In this document: in pieces, positions 45,498-55,133 of the stretch | Numbering within the stretch: position 1 is the stretch's first letter | How the letters are laid out: each line of letters opens with the position of its first letter | Source of the DNA: Candidatus Obscuribacteraceae bacterium | GTDB lineage: Bacteria > Cyanobacteriota > Vampirovibrionia > Obscuribacterales > Obscuribacteraceae | DNA: 64,000 bases | Direction of reading: 5' to 3' | Assembly: GCA_044226015.1 (NCBI GenBank) | Contig: JBGAHS010000007.1 | Span: forward strand, 96,001 to 160,000 | Notes under the pieces: model-generated | What the model saw: only the letters and a program-made list of their open reading frames with translations | The model's database searches: none | What the model was told of the DNA's origin: nothing | Made by a program: the position numbers and the translations under genes

Positions 45498-48400
45498 ATG
45501 CTTCCTCGAAACCGTGGAGTTGTAGGCTTCATGCCACAATTTTCGTTCTCAAAAAATGCGAATACTGTTCGCTCGCATATTCTGCCAGTTGCCAGCTTAA
45601 GCCTGGCACTCTCATTTTCTTTGTACTCATCAGCACAAGCTGAGACCAGGCCTGGAAGTGAAGCCACCACTGGTAGTGTTCCTCTGATTATCAATTCTGC
45701 GTTGACTTCGGGCTTAGATGTGCCAGCGGACACAACAGTTCTTGTCGATTTTGGAACCTTAGGAAACAACAAGGGTTCAAGTGGCATTCTCAATATCACC
45801 GGTGGTGCTCTGGTAAATCATGGAAACATGTATTTGTATTCCAGCAACCCTCAAATCACCAAGGGGGTCATGAATCTAGGCGGCGGCGATTTTACCAATA
45901 ATTCGCTCATAACTTCAAAAAACATCCCAACTGATGTTTTGCTAAACAATAACTTGAGCAATCTAGTTTCCAATTTCAATCTCAGTTTTATTAACGTTAA
46001 CCATTTCACGAACGCTGCAAATGCGGTAATTTCGTCAGCAGGAAGCATGTGTATTAATGCAGCCGACATTACTAATAATGGAACGCTTTCAGCAAACTCG
46101 ATGAACTTGACGGCGCTGAACTTCATTAACAATACTGGTACTGCACAAGCTAATCTCGCCATGGCGCTCAGTGCTCCGCAGGTGTCAAATTCTGGAAGTC
46201 TACTCGCCAATTCTCTTACCATTACTACTGCAAATATTATAAACAGTGGTTTGTTGGAAGCTTCAGAGCTACGCATCTTGAGTGGTGTTACGGATGCCAT
46301 TCAATTGAATAACAACAATGGTCATATAGATATCTCTGGTGCAGTTCAAATCATTGCAGGTTCAGGTTCTCCTCCGAGTTCTCTTATTGGATCTGTGTTG
46401 AACATAAGCGGTGGCATAATAGACTCGAACTCCATTTCCATAATTGCTGCTGGTGGAACAGCCAAAATTGCTGTCGATTCTCTTGCAGGAAAGGTATCTC
46501 TTATTGCCCAGACCATCAACTTAACTGCTAATTCTGGCAATATAACGATTCAGAGTATCAACAACATATCGAGTGAAAGCAAAGCACCTAGCACGAGCCC
46601 CTCAGTAAATGTTGTAGTCAACGATGGCGACTTGAATCTTGGAACAATCTTCTTTAGCGGTAGTAATTACAGTCCTGATTACATTACGAACGGCAGCATA
46701 AGTGCTGTCGCCTCGGGCAGCATTTACTCAACTGCGAGCACCCAGAAAGCTGGCTCCTCCATTTCGACCAATGGAGGAGTTGTCACGCTTAAAGCTGGCT
46801 GGGACTCGAAAGCCGGCGCTGCGTCCAAGAGTGGTGGTGATATCAATCTTGGGCACTTAAGTTTTGCCACTAATGGTGGTGATTTTAAAGCACTGGCATA
46901 TTCCGGAGATACAAATAAGGGAGCGCTCTCTCTTGGAGCTGTGAATTCTTCGAAAACTGCTATGTCTTCCTCGACGCAGAGCTCTTCCGGTGGAAATGTC
47001 GAAATATCGGCTAGCTCTGATATATCGACGGGGGCAATTTTTGCAAATGCTACTGCAAATAATATCTCTGGGCTCACCAACACCGGTAATGGTGGCAATA
47101 TTCTGCTTAGCAGTCTTAATGGTTCGATTGCAGTTGGCGACATTGCAAGTACTGGTGCCAACTCAGGTTCTGTGATGAAGGCTCAGAATGGTGGCACCAC
47201 CAATACAGGCGGAGGAATTGTCTCTTCTGGGGGTGGCATCGTCCTTGGTGCGGGAGGTTCTGCTAGTGGAGGTACTGTTACCATCACTTCAGGAGTCAGC
47301 CTCAATTCTAGTGGCTCTAGCATTAACCTTTCGGGAACTGTTATATCGATTCCCACTCCTGGGGTTAGCGGTGGTGTGTCTGCGCCAGGCAATGGTGGCA
47401 ATATCACCGTGAATGCGCCTTCTGGGACAGTGACAGCGGGCAATGTTGCCAGCACCGGAGGCTCGGGTAATACTTCAACGACTTACTTTGCTGGAGCTGA
47501 CGGGGGCCGAATAACTATTCTTGGCAGGGAAAGCAAGGTTAGTTCGGTATCTTCTATCGGAGGCACTGCAGGCAATTCCGGCTCAAACCCCATTAACTCC
47601 ACTTCTAAGGGGCTGCCCGGAGGAAGCGCAGGCGATATAGTTGTTAGTGGTGCCAGGGCGCTTCAAATAGGAAAAGTAGATTCTATTGGTGGAAATGGTG
47701 GCAGCTGTGTTAATTGCGCTAGCATAATTCTATCCACCGGCAATATTGGATTAACCATTCCTGGAAGAAACAGTTCGGCGTCGACCTGGCGAGGTGTAGG
47801 TGGAAGTGGCGGAAATGGTGGCGACATCACGCTGTCTTCGTCTTTGGGAGAGCTCTCTCTCGGCGGCACTGTCCGGTCTGCCGGTGGACAGGGAGGTGCA
47901 GGTGGTGCTAGTGGTGGCGCTGGTGGTGATGGTGGAGCTATCACCATATCAAGCCGAGGCAATATAAGCAGTTCCAAGGCTATTTCTATAGCTTCGACTG
48001 CTGGAATTTCAGGAGAGTCAAAATCAGGCGCCGTAGTCGCTGGAAGCGATGGTGGAAATGTCTCCATCTATAGTGTTTCCAATATTTTGCTTGGGTCTGG
48101 CTCTGCAATAAGCTCAAATGGATATGGAAAGGGTGCACACTCTGGAAATATCTCATTAACCGCACGTGGTGGCATCAGGTATTACTTTCCAGAATTGAGA
48201 GGTGCCAAAACCATATATGGTGCCGCCGCGACGGATGACAATGCAGCACTTGTTTTGACGCCAATTTATATGGATCCTCCCATTGGACGGCCTAATCCGT
48301 ATCCGCCGTTTTTTGCTGGTGGTCAGATTACAGTTGGTAAGCTCGACTCATCTGGTCACGCAGGTGCAAATGGCGGCAACATATCAGTGCTGAGTTCGAC

Positions 48401-49907
48401 TGCTCTAATAGGTGATGCCTCGAACAACGTATCAATTGATAGCTCTAGCTATTCGTCCGTCAACAGCTCCACCTATGGTGGCGGATCTGCAGGGAATGTG
48501 CATATTACAACCAGTTCGATGGCTCCCTTCGTGATTGGCAGTCCTACAGGCAACGGTAGCTTTGGTTCAATTCTTGCAAACGGGCGAACTGGCGGACGTG
48601 TCGAGCTGGAGAACATCGGCGGTCAGGAATTACAAGCTGGTTCTGGCATTTATGCTAACGGCACATTTGGCGCGGGCGGAAACGTTCTATTTGAATCGGG
48701 ACTCAGGACATACATCTATTACCCAACAGCGACATCAGCAATTAGTAGAATATTGCCGCCGTTTCCTGTGGTCATCACTGGTATGACTCTCAGCAGCAAG
48801 ATAGATGGCGTCGTACAGGCTACTAACGTCAATGGCAATTCCGGACGCATAGGGTTCAATGCTGGTCCAAAGGGAATTCTGAATATTAGCGGAAAGGGCA
48901 AACTGAATGCAGGCGAATTTGTCAGTGTTGGTAATTTGAACAGCAATTTGACGCTAGCATCTTCTAAGTCCGGCAAGTTGAACCCGGTGCCTTTCGCTCT
49001 CAGTATTTTACATGGTTCGTTCAAATGCAATGCTTCAAATTGCGGAGCTACATCTAAACCCGCTACTCCGCCAAGTTCCTCTAGTTTGTTTGTGAATTTG
49101 AGCAACTTGAATGTGCCGACAATTCAATTGCCGACTTTAAATTCGGGACTGCCTTCGACAGATTCCTTGAACAAAACGGTGAACCTGATTAGCTACCCGA
49201 CAAACACTACACAAGTTGGTACGAGTCTTTATCTCGGTGCTGCCGAGGATGAAGAGAAGCGCTCAATTTGTGTTGATGTAGATAATGAATTCAAGCCGGT
49301 AAGCAAATCTGAAATCTACGTTATTGCACCACCTTCCATGCAACGCGTTGAATCTGTTACCTGCAATACGAGGTATTTTAAAGGCAGTGCTGAAAGTCAA
49401 AATGGAAAGCTTTCGCTTGCAAATGGCGAATATGTTCTGAGCGCCAATAATGGCGATCTGCATGTTGTGGCAGGAGCTTATCAGATTGATATGAAACAAG
49501 ATTCTGTTTTGTTTGTGCATTTTGAAAACGATTTGATTAAGGTTCTCAATCTTCACGAAACCAGTTTGGGATCCGTCTCCATACAGTTTGGTGGACGCCT
49601 GTCAAAGATTGCAGCCGGACAAGAACTCATCGTTAGCAAGAATGCCAGCGACTCAAGGCTAAGCATGCGACGCGATGGTATCGGTCGGCGCGGAACAGTC
49701 CATACCGTATTGAACAACGAAGGGCTGCACGTCACTAACTCTGAGTTTTCAATTGCATCGCTGATACAGGCCAATGATTTGATGCATCACGTCTATCAAA
49801 GTAAGGAAAAGAAAGACAGACGAGATATTGCAAGAATTTTGAAGATGCATGCATGCTTGCATCAACTTACATTGTCTCGCGGCGTCTACAAGCTTGCTCA
49901 GCCTTAG
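45498..49907 (+). CDS. Filamentous-haemagglutinin-like beta-helix surface protein with FecR-like C-terminal domain
   Basis: Sec signal (SSAQA); many GGNITV/GGDITL/GGNVSI repeats; S/T/P linker; compact ~200-aa C-terminal domain. Confidence 0.75.
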   Translation: MLPRNRGVVGFMPQFSFSKNANTVRSHILPVASLSLALSFSLYSSAQAETRPGSEATTGSVPLIINSALTSGLDVPADTTVLVDFGTLGNNKGSSGILNITGGALVNHGNMYLYSSNPQITKGVMNLGGGDFTNNSLITSKNIPTDVLLNNNLSNLVSNFNLSFINVNHFTNAANAVISSAGSMCINAADITNNGTLSANSMNLTALNFINNTGTAQANLAMALSAPQVSNSGSLLANSLTITTANIINSGLLEASELRILSGVTDAIQLNNNNGHIDISGAVQIIAGSGSPPSSLIGSVLNISGGIIDSNSISIIAAGGTAKIAVDSLAGKVSLIAQTINLTANSGNITIQSINNISSESKAPSTSPSVNVVVNDGDLNLGTIFFSGSNYSPDYITNGSISAVASGSIYSTASTQKAGSSISTNGGVVTLKAGWDSKAGAASKSGGDINLGHLSFATNGGDFKALAYSGDTNKGALSLGAVNSSKTAMSSSTQSSSGGNVEISASSDISTGAIFANATANNISGLTNTGNGGNILLSSLNGSIAVGDIASTGANSGSVMKAQNGGTTNTGGGIVSSGGGIVLGAGGSASGGTVTITSGVSLNSSGSSINLSGTVISIPTPGVSGGVSAPGNGGNITVNAPSGTVTAGNVASTGGSGNTSTTYFAGADGGRITILGRESKVSSVSSIGGTAGNSGSNPINSTSKGLPGGSAGDIVVSGARALQIGKVDSIGGNGGSCVNCASIILSTGNIGLTIPGRNSSASTWRGVGGSGGNGGDITLSSSLGELSLGGTVRSAGGQGGAGGASGGAGGDGGAITISSRGNISSSKAISIASTAGISGESKSGAVVAGSDGGNVSIYSVSNILLGSGSAISSNGYGKGAHSGNISLTARGGIRYYFPELRGAKTIYGAAATDDNAALVLTPIYMDPPIGRPNPYPPFFAGGQITVGKLDSSGHAGANGGNISVLSSTALIGDASNNVSIDSSSYSSVNSSTYGGGSAGNVHITTSSMAPFVIGSPTGNGSFGSILANGRTGGRVELENIGGQELQAGSGIYANGTFGAGGNVLFESGLRTYIYYPTATSAISRILPPFPVVITGMTLSSKIDGVVQATNVNGNSGRIGFNAGPKGILNISGKGKLNAGEFVSVGNLNSNLTLASSKSGKLNPVPFALSILHGSFKCNASNCGATSKPATPPSSSSLFVNLSNLNVPTIQLPTLNSGLPSTDSLNKTVNLISYPTNTTQVGTSLYLGAAEDEEKRSICVDVDNEFKPVSKSEIYVIAPPSMQRVESVTCNTRYFKGSAESQNGKLSLANGEYVLSANNGDLHVVAGAYQIDMKQDSVLFVHFENDLIKVLNLHETSLGSVSIQFGGRLSKIAAGQELIVSKNASDSRLSMRRDGIGRRGTVHTVLNNEGLHVTNSEFSIASLIQANDLMHHVYQSKEKKDRRDIARILKMHACLHQLTLSRGVYKLAQP

Positions 49908-49943
49908 CTCATTGAATTGATGAAGTACCTATGTACGAAGTCC

Positions 49944-50005
49944 GGGGTGACGCCGGCATCCTGCCGGCATTGAAGCGAGTCTGGGAGCACCGGTATCCTG
50001 CCGGC
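49944..50005. repeat. REP-like palindrome doublet
   Basis: GCCGGCATCCTGCCGGC (49952-49968), then TCTGGGAGC-ACCGGTATCCTGCCGGC; a related copy lies at 60752-60805. Confidence 0.75.
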
Positions 50006-50015
50006 TACTTAAGCC

Positions 50016-51578
50016 TTACTTGAATCGAATTAGTGGCACTTCGGGAATTACTGGCGCTGAACTACCTTCTTCGCCTTCTTCAGTACTGGTATCAGATGCG
50101 GTATCGCTGGGCGGATGACTTTCATTGAATATCTCTGCAGCCGGGCGTGGCATCGACCAGCGATCTGGATTTCCAGCTTCTTTCAGTTTGCGGCGAATTC
50201 CCTCGCCTGCAAGCATTCCAGAACTGGCAGCTTGTCCAACTCCACGAGTCCAACTGCTCGAGTCTCCAACAATGTAGAGATTGGAAATGTTAGTTTCCAT
50301 GTTTTTGCTAACAACAATGGAGTCAGGATAGCTCTTCACCTCTGGTGCGTAAAGCAAGGTTGATTCACCTGCTACGCCTGGGCAAATTTTATCGAGGGCA
50401 TCAAGATATTCCACGATGCTTTCAAGAATTCTATGTGGGTATGCCAGCGAGATGTCTCCAGGTTCTGCCTCCAGAGTAGGTCTGATGAGGTTATTCACCA
50501 TGGTTTTGCTGCGTCGACCGTTCCGCAAATCACCCAGTCTTTGAATCAGCGGACCGCCGCCAGCCAGCATATTTGTGACTTTGGCAATGTGCTGTGAATA
50601 CTGCTGAGGATTTTTGAAGGGACGCGTGAAGGTTTTCGAAACCAGAACCGCAAAGTTGTTATTCTCTGATTTTTCAAACATCTTGCTGTGACCATTTACC
50701 AGAACATATTCTCTGTGATTTTCTGGCGTCACAAATCCCTTTGGATTCGAACAGAAGTTCCGCACAACATCATTCGATCTCTTGCTTAAGTAATAAAGCT
50801 TAGGCTCGTAAAATCGTTTATCAACTTCTTCAGTAAAATAGCAACTGGTTTCGACTCTAACACCGATATCAACCTGTCCGGGTGTGGTCTCAAGGTCTTT
50901 ATAGAATTCTTGCTGTGTTAGCCAGTTTGCGCCGCCTCTGCCAACAGAGAGTATGCACATGTCGAAGACAAGTTCTTCTTCTTTTTCGGCTCGACGGTAG
51001 CGATCATGCACCACTACAAATTTGTCTTCTCGTCTCGTGACTGAGGCTACTTTTCTGTCCCAATGGAAGACTATGTTCTGTCCACGACTCATGATGTCGT
51101 TGAGAATACTTGTGTTAATTGCTGGCGCATTATCAGAGCCGCAATGCAAAAGTTCTTGGAAGTGATAAGTCATACCGGCAAGTGTGGCGCGTTTCTTGAT
51201 CCAATCAAGATCTTCCTGGTTTGGTCGCACCACTGGAATTTCAACTGGCGCATGTTCAAGAATCAAGCGACGAAGTTTGTCCAGGCGTGATTGCAGTTCT
51301 TTCTCGCCAACGAGGTCGTAGAGTCTGCCACCAATTACCGGTGAAGCTGAGAGAATAACTTTGAAGTCGTTCCAGCTTCCAGCTGATTGTCCGGGGGCGC
51401 AATAGCTGCACGCTTTTGGAGGGCACACAGTCAACTTGCCCTGGTCGATTGGGCAGGCATAACGTTTGTCGTAGGTCGGACCCACATCGAAAACATGAAC
51501 CTCAATATCGGCTCCGGCAAGCTCTTCAAGACAGAAAAGCCCGGAAGCACCGAGTCCAACAAGCGCAAGCTTGAGCAT
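50016..51578 (-). CDS. NAD(P)/FAD-dependent oxidoreductase (COG2509-like)
   Basis: VGLGASG, SVGRGGANW, DIGVRVE, RNFCSNPKG, VNGHS, NNFAVLV, YAPEVK, VGDSS. Confidence 0.88.
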   Translation of the reverse strand: MLKLALVGLGASGLFCLEELAGADIEVHVFDVGPTYDKRYACPIDQGKLTVCPPKACSYCAPGQSAGSWNDFKVILSASPVIGGRLYDLVGEKELQSRLDKLRRLILEHAPVEIPVVRPNQEDLDWIKKRATLAGMTYHFQELLHCGSDNAPAINTSILNDIMSRGQNIVFHWDRKVASVTRREDKFVVVHDRYRRAEKEEELVFDMCILSVGRGGANWLTQQEFYKDLETTPGQVDIGVRVETSCYFTEEVDKRFYEPKLYYLSKRSNDVVRNFCSNPKGFVTPENHREYVLVNGHSKMFEKSENNNFAVLVSKTFTRPFKNPQQYSQHIAKVTNMLAGGGPLIQRLGDLRNGRRSKTMVNNLIRPTLEAEPGDISLAYPHRILESIVEYLDALDKICPGVAGESTLLYAPEVKSYPDSIVVSKNMETNISNLYIVGDSSSWTRGVGQAASSGMLAGEGIRRKLKEAGNPDRWSMPRPAAEIFNESHPPSDTASDTSTEEGEEGSSAPVIPEVPLIRFK

Positions 51579-51707
51579 AGCAATCCCCTATTCGGGCGGA
51601 TCTTGAGTCTGGTATGAATCCTGAAACTTCCCGCCGCACTAGATGATAGCATTTTTGCTGCAGTTGCTAAGAGAATTTCCGCTTATGTAAAGGCTGGGAA
51701 TTGCCGA

Positions 51708-52946
51708 CTAATCGACGAATACAGAGCTTCGTTGCTTATCAGCTTCTTTCAGCATCGTGAAAAGTTGTTCACTCATTTCAGAGCGTAGCTTCTCAATGAC
51801 GGCTTTCTTGCTCTTCTTATATTCTGCGTAATGATCAAGCAAATTGATTGGCTTGCCGATTGTCACCAGAACTTTTCGTGGTCCCTTGATTTTCGCTTCA
51901 CCGAAAACTTCTGTTTCGATTAGTTCCAGAACATTCACCAAACGTTCTTGCGTTATTGGTGGGCTCAAATAACCGTCATAAATGGCGACGAAACGCACCA
52001 CTCTGTCTAAATCAGCGTAAAAGGATTTGATCTTCCCAGCTTTCTCATCATGAATTTTCTTTTGATATGCCGACAATTCGTTTTCATCATCATAAATATA
52101 ATCATCAAGAGTGTTTCTCAAAACGCGCACCCAATCAAGGTTTGATCCACTTTCAGGAAGTTTCACATGCAAGACTTCTGCCATCGTTTTGAGAATGTGT
52201 GACTTCAGCGTTGTGATTCTTGTATTGAGCTCAGCGTCTGTTGCTGGCTTCAGGTCATACTCTTCTTCGAGTGTTGCAAGCACTACTTCGGACGCCTTCC
52301 GCACTCGCTTGTAGAGCGATTTCTCTGTGTTCTTGATGCCGAGTTTTTCTTCAATTCTCGTCATCAGCTCACTCAAAACAGGGGTCAAATCTATTTTGTA
52401 GGTGTACTTCAAAGCAACTGGAAGAATGTATAGTGGCTCTTCAGAGTTTTTCTTGTGCATCTCATCCATCGCCATAAATGAGAGCTGCGCCGCACCACTT
52501 TCCAGCGGAAGCAAGACGTCATTTTGTCGTGATATTTCCCCTTCCGGAAAAAGCACCAGCTTCTTTTTGCCTTCGACAAGAAGCTGTTTCGTCATCTTGA
52601 ATGACTCACGATCAACCGCACCGCGCACCACAGAGTAGACGCCCATGTGCTGCAAGAACCATCCATTAATACCGTGGTTCCAATCGAAAACTTCGCGAGC
52701 TGCAATGAAATTGAATTCCTCACCAGAAAGACAAGAAAGCAAAAACATAACTTCCGGGTCATGCCGATGCGAGTGATTTGGGCAAATCATGCAGTGTTTG
52801 CCTTTTAGCTGTTTCAAGCGCTCAATTCCATCACCGATTACTTCAATCTCTGCGTCTTGCATACGAATTGATTGAATTAATGGTTTGAAAATTCTCGCTA
52901 GTCCAATGACGAGTCCGCTGTCTTTTGGTGGGCGAAAGTCAAGCAC
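51708..52946 (-). CDS. Cyanobacterial-type phospholipid/glycerol acyltransferase (PlsC-like)
   Basis: NHSHRHD (HxxxxD), YSVVRG, FPEGE. Confidence 0.88.
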   Translation of the reverse strand: MLDFRPPKDSGLVIGLARIFKPLIQSIRMQDAEIEVIGDGIERLKQLKGKHCMICPNHSHRHDPEVMFLLSCLSGEEFNFIAAREVFDWNHGINGWFLQHMGVYSVVRGAVDRESFKMTKQLLVEGKKKLVLFPEGEISRQNDVLLPLESGAAQLSFMAMDEMHKKNSEEPLYILPVALKYTYKIDLTPVLSELMTRIEEKLGIKNTEKSLYKRVRKASEVVLATLEEEYDLKPATDAELNTRITTLKSHILKTMAEVLHVKLPESGSNLDWVRVLRNTLDDYIYDDENELSAYQKKIHDEKAGKIKSFYADLDRVVRFVAIYDGYLSPPITQERLVNVLELIETEVFGEAKIKGPRKVLVTIGKPINLLDHYAEYKKSKKAVIEKLRSEMSEQLFTMLKEADKQRSSVFVD

Positions 52947-53679
52947 TTAGTAATACCTTCTCTAATTGGAGGTCTGCCGATTTGCATCTATATATTATTT
53001 CCTTGGCAGCCACCAATGTTTGAGATTTTAGTGATTCTCCCTCATGAAGTACGATTAGACTTCCCGGATTCAGCCCCATCATTATTCTGCGAACGACTCT
53101 ATGAGCGCCAGGAATCGCCCAATCTTCCGGCGCTTGCGACCAATAGACTGGATGCATTTCCCTCTCATTTAAGAGCGATGCAGTGCGCTTGCACATGATG
53201 CCGAAGGGAGGGCGAAAAAATGCAGGCGCTTCGCCGGTAATTTCTTTGATGATATCGTTGGTCTTTTGAATCTCATGCTCTAGCTGCTTGCCAGCCAGAA
53301 TGGGCATGAATTGGTGCTTGTACGAGTGATTGCCAATGCTGTGTCCGCCCTTGTGAATCTGCTCTACTAGCTCTGGGTAACGCTCAGCCTCAGTTCCAAT
53401 CAGAAAGAAGCTCGCTTTTACGCCGTTTGCTTCAAGCAACTCGAGCAAATATGGCGTCGTGTCTGGCGATGGACCATCATCGAAAGTGAGGTAAACCCTT
53501 GAGTCTGAGCTTTCAGGGTGCTGTGCGCTGTTTTTGCTGTGCCCATCACCCCAGAAACCGCGCGGCAATATGTGTCGCGAAAGCACCGTCACCAGGTTCA
53601 TTCGGTTGACGCTGAACCAATCTACCAACGCGTCAGCCTTTTGAAGGATATTCACTGTATTTTTTTCTGAGTGATTCAT
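52939..53679 (-). CDS. Polysaccharide deacetylase (CE4/NodB)
   Basis: LTFDDGP, GNHSYKH, FRPPFG, EDW, VLHE. Start taken at MNHSEK. Confidence 0.92.
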   Translation of the reverse strand: MNHSEKNTVNILQKADALVDWFSVNRMNLVTVLSRHILPRGFWGDGHSKNSAQHPESSDSRVYLTFDDGPSPDTTPYLLELLEANGVKASFFLIGTEAERYPELVEQIHKGGHSIGNHSYKHQFMPILAGKQLEHEIQKTNDIIKEITGEAPAFFRPPFGIMCKRTASLLNEREMHPVYWSQAPEDWAIPGAHRVVRRIMMGLNPGSLIVLHEGESLKSQTLVAAKEIIYRCKSADLQLEKVLLSA

Positions 53680-53807
53680 AGCCGGCTCAAGACACACAGT
53701 ATAAGCATAACCGAGGTCGACAGCGGTCTTGCCCCGGCAACACACTTAATGAAGTCGTGAATTATTGCTGGGTGGGCGCTTGAGGATTTCAGGATGTCAA
53801 AAAAATC

Positions 53808-54674
53808 TTAGGCTATCTGGAACGCAAGGCTAATGCAAACCAATATGAAAGGAATGATGACATTCAGTGGTTCATTCAATTTCGTGGTTGATTGAATTAA
53901 GCGGTAAATGATGCGGCGGGCTTCATCTCCAACTTCTGAACCGCGTCTGTAAGCGATTGATTCCACTGCGCTGGCGAAGGCGTAGAACCGCTCAAGAGGC
54001 ATGTGAGTGGCTCGCGGATGAGGCAGCAAGCTTCTCATGTATCCACGCAGATTTTCGGCTTCTTTTTCTTCAAGAGGCTGGACGATTTCAAGCAATGGAC
54101 GGAACGATTTAAGCGCTACTAGCGGGTTCTTGTAAGTAACTACGTTTCTCTGGAGTGCTCGGTGCAACAGCTCGCAATGAGGCAATGGAGCCTCTCTGTC
54201 ACCTTCAGCGGGTTTGACTTTTTCGAGGAAATCTTTGTGCTTCTCGAACTCATGGAAAACTTGCAGAAGGCTGGCTTGCTGCCCTTGTTCTGGGAAGCTA
54301 ACTTCCAGTAAGCCGAAGATATATGGTCGAGCACCACATTGATCTACGTCTTTGGATGAGTTCAACATGGCTCCAGATAGGCTGGGCGTTTTGATAATCG
54401 TATCTTCTTTGTAGTTTGCTTCTCTTCCAGGCTGGAAGTTGATTTCTTTTACGGCATACTCTTGACATAGGAGCAGGTCAAATACTTGCTCAGCTTTGAC
54501 ATCGCCAAACTCGGTTGCTGCAGCCTTACCACCGGCGAAGAAAACTAGCGCGTCAGGGATGTGACGACCAAACGAAACTGACAGAGTCCCTGTGACCTTC
54601 TCCAGGCTCAGGAACTGCATCACATTGAAAATTGTCCCCTCTCGTACAGAAGTTACGTGGAAGCTAATTCCCAC
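53808..54674 (-). CDS. DUF4388/PATAN-like domain protein
   Basis: IFNVMQFLSLEKVTGTLSV...LVFFAGGK..A; GAGGAAACAAG before the GTG start. Confidence 0.7.
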   Translation of the reverse strand: MGISFHVTSVREGTIFNVMQFLSLEKVTGTLSVSFGRHIPDALVFFAGGKAAATEFGDVKAEQVFDLLLCQEYAVKEINFQPGREANYKEDTIIKTPSLSGAMLNSSKDVDQCGARPYIFGLLEVSFPEQGQQASLLQVFHEFEKHKDFLEKVKPAEGDREAPLPHCELLHRALQRNVVTYKNPLVALKSFRPLLEIVQPLEEKEAENLRGYMRSLLPHPRATHMPLERFYAFASAVESIAYRRGSEVGDEARRIIYRLIQSTTKLNEPLNVIIPFILVCISLAFQIA

Positions 54675-55133
54675 CTTGTTTCCTCATCCGCAGATTCTGT
54701 TGACAGGACCCGCCGCCCTATTAAATTATACCCACTCAAAGGATTCAAAGCTAATCTGTCCTAATTTTTTCGCCGTTTTTTTTCTCAAGCAAGTTCTATT
54801 TTTTGTATTTATAAGTCGTTGTGAATATTCAGAACATTTTCGGCGATGAAAAGATGTCTCTAAAGAGAGAAAACCATGCATGGCTTAGAGTACAGACATT
54901 TGAAAGTCGAGAGCCGAAAAGTGTGTGTGTACATAGTTCTTCGGCTGCTGCTTCCTGGAATTGATTTGCTTGAGAATTAGAACTGCCGAAATCTGGCGAC
55001 AGCTTGTCAGTTGATTTCAAATTGCGAATCAGCGAGAAATTTAGAACCCTTGATCTGAGTAAAAAAAATACTTCCTGCTTGCAACTTCAAGCAGCAAAAT
55101 TATTTGTGTTTCGCCAGTTTTGGAGCAACGTTC

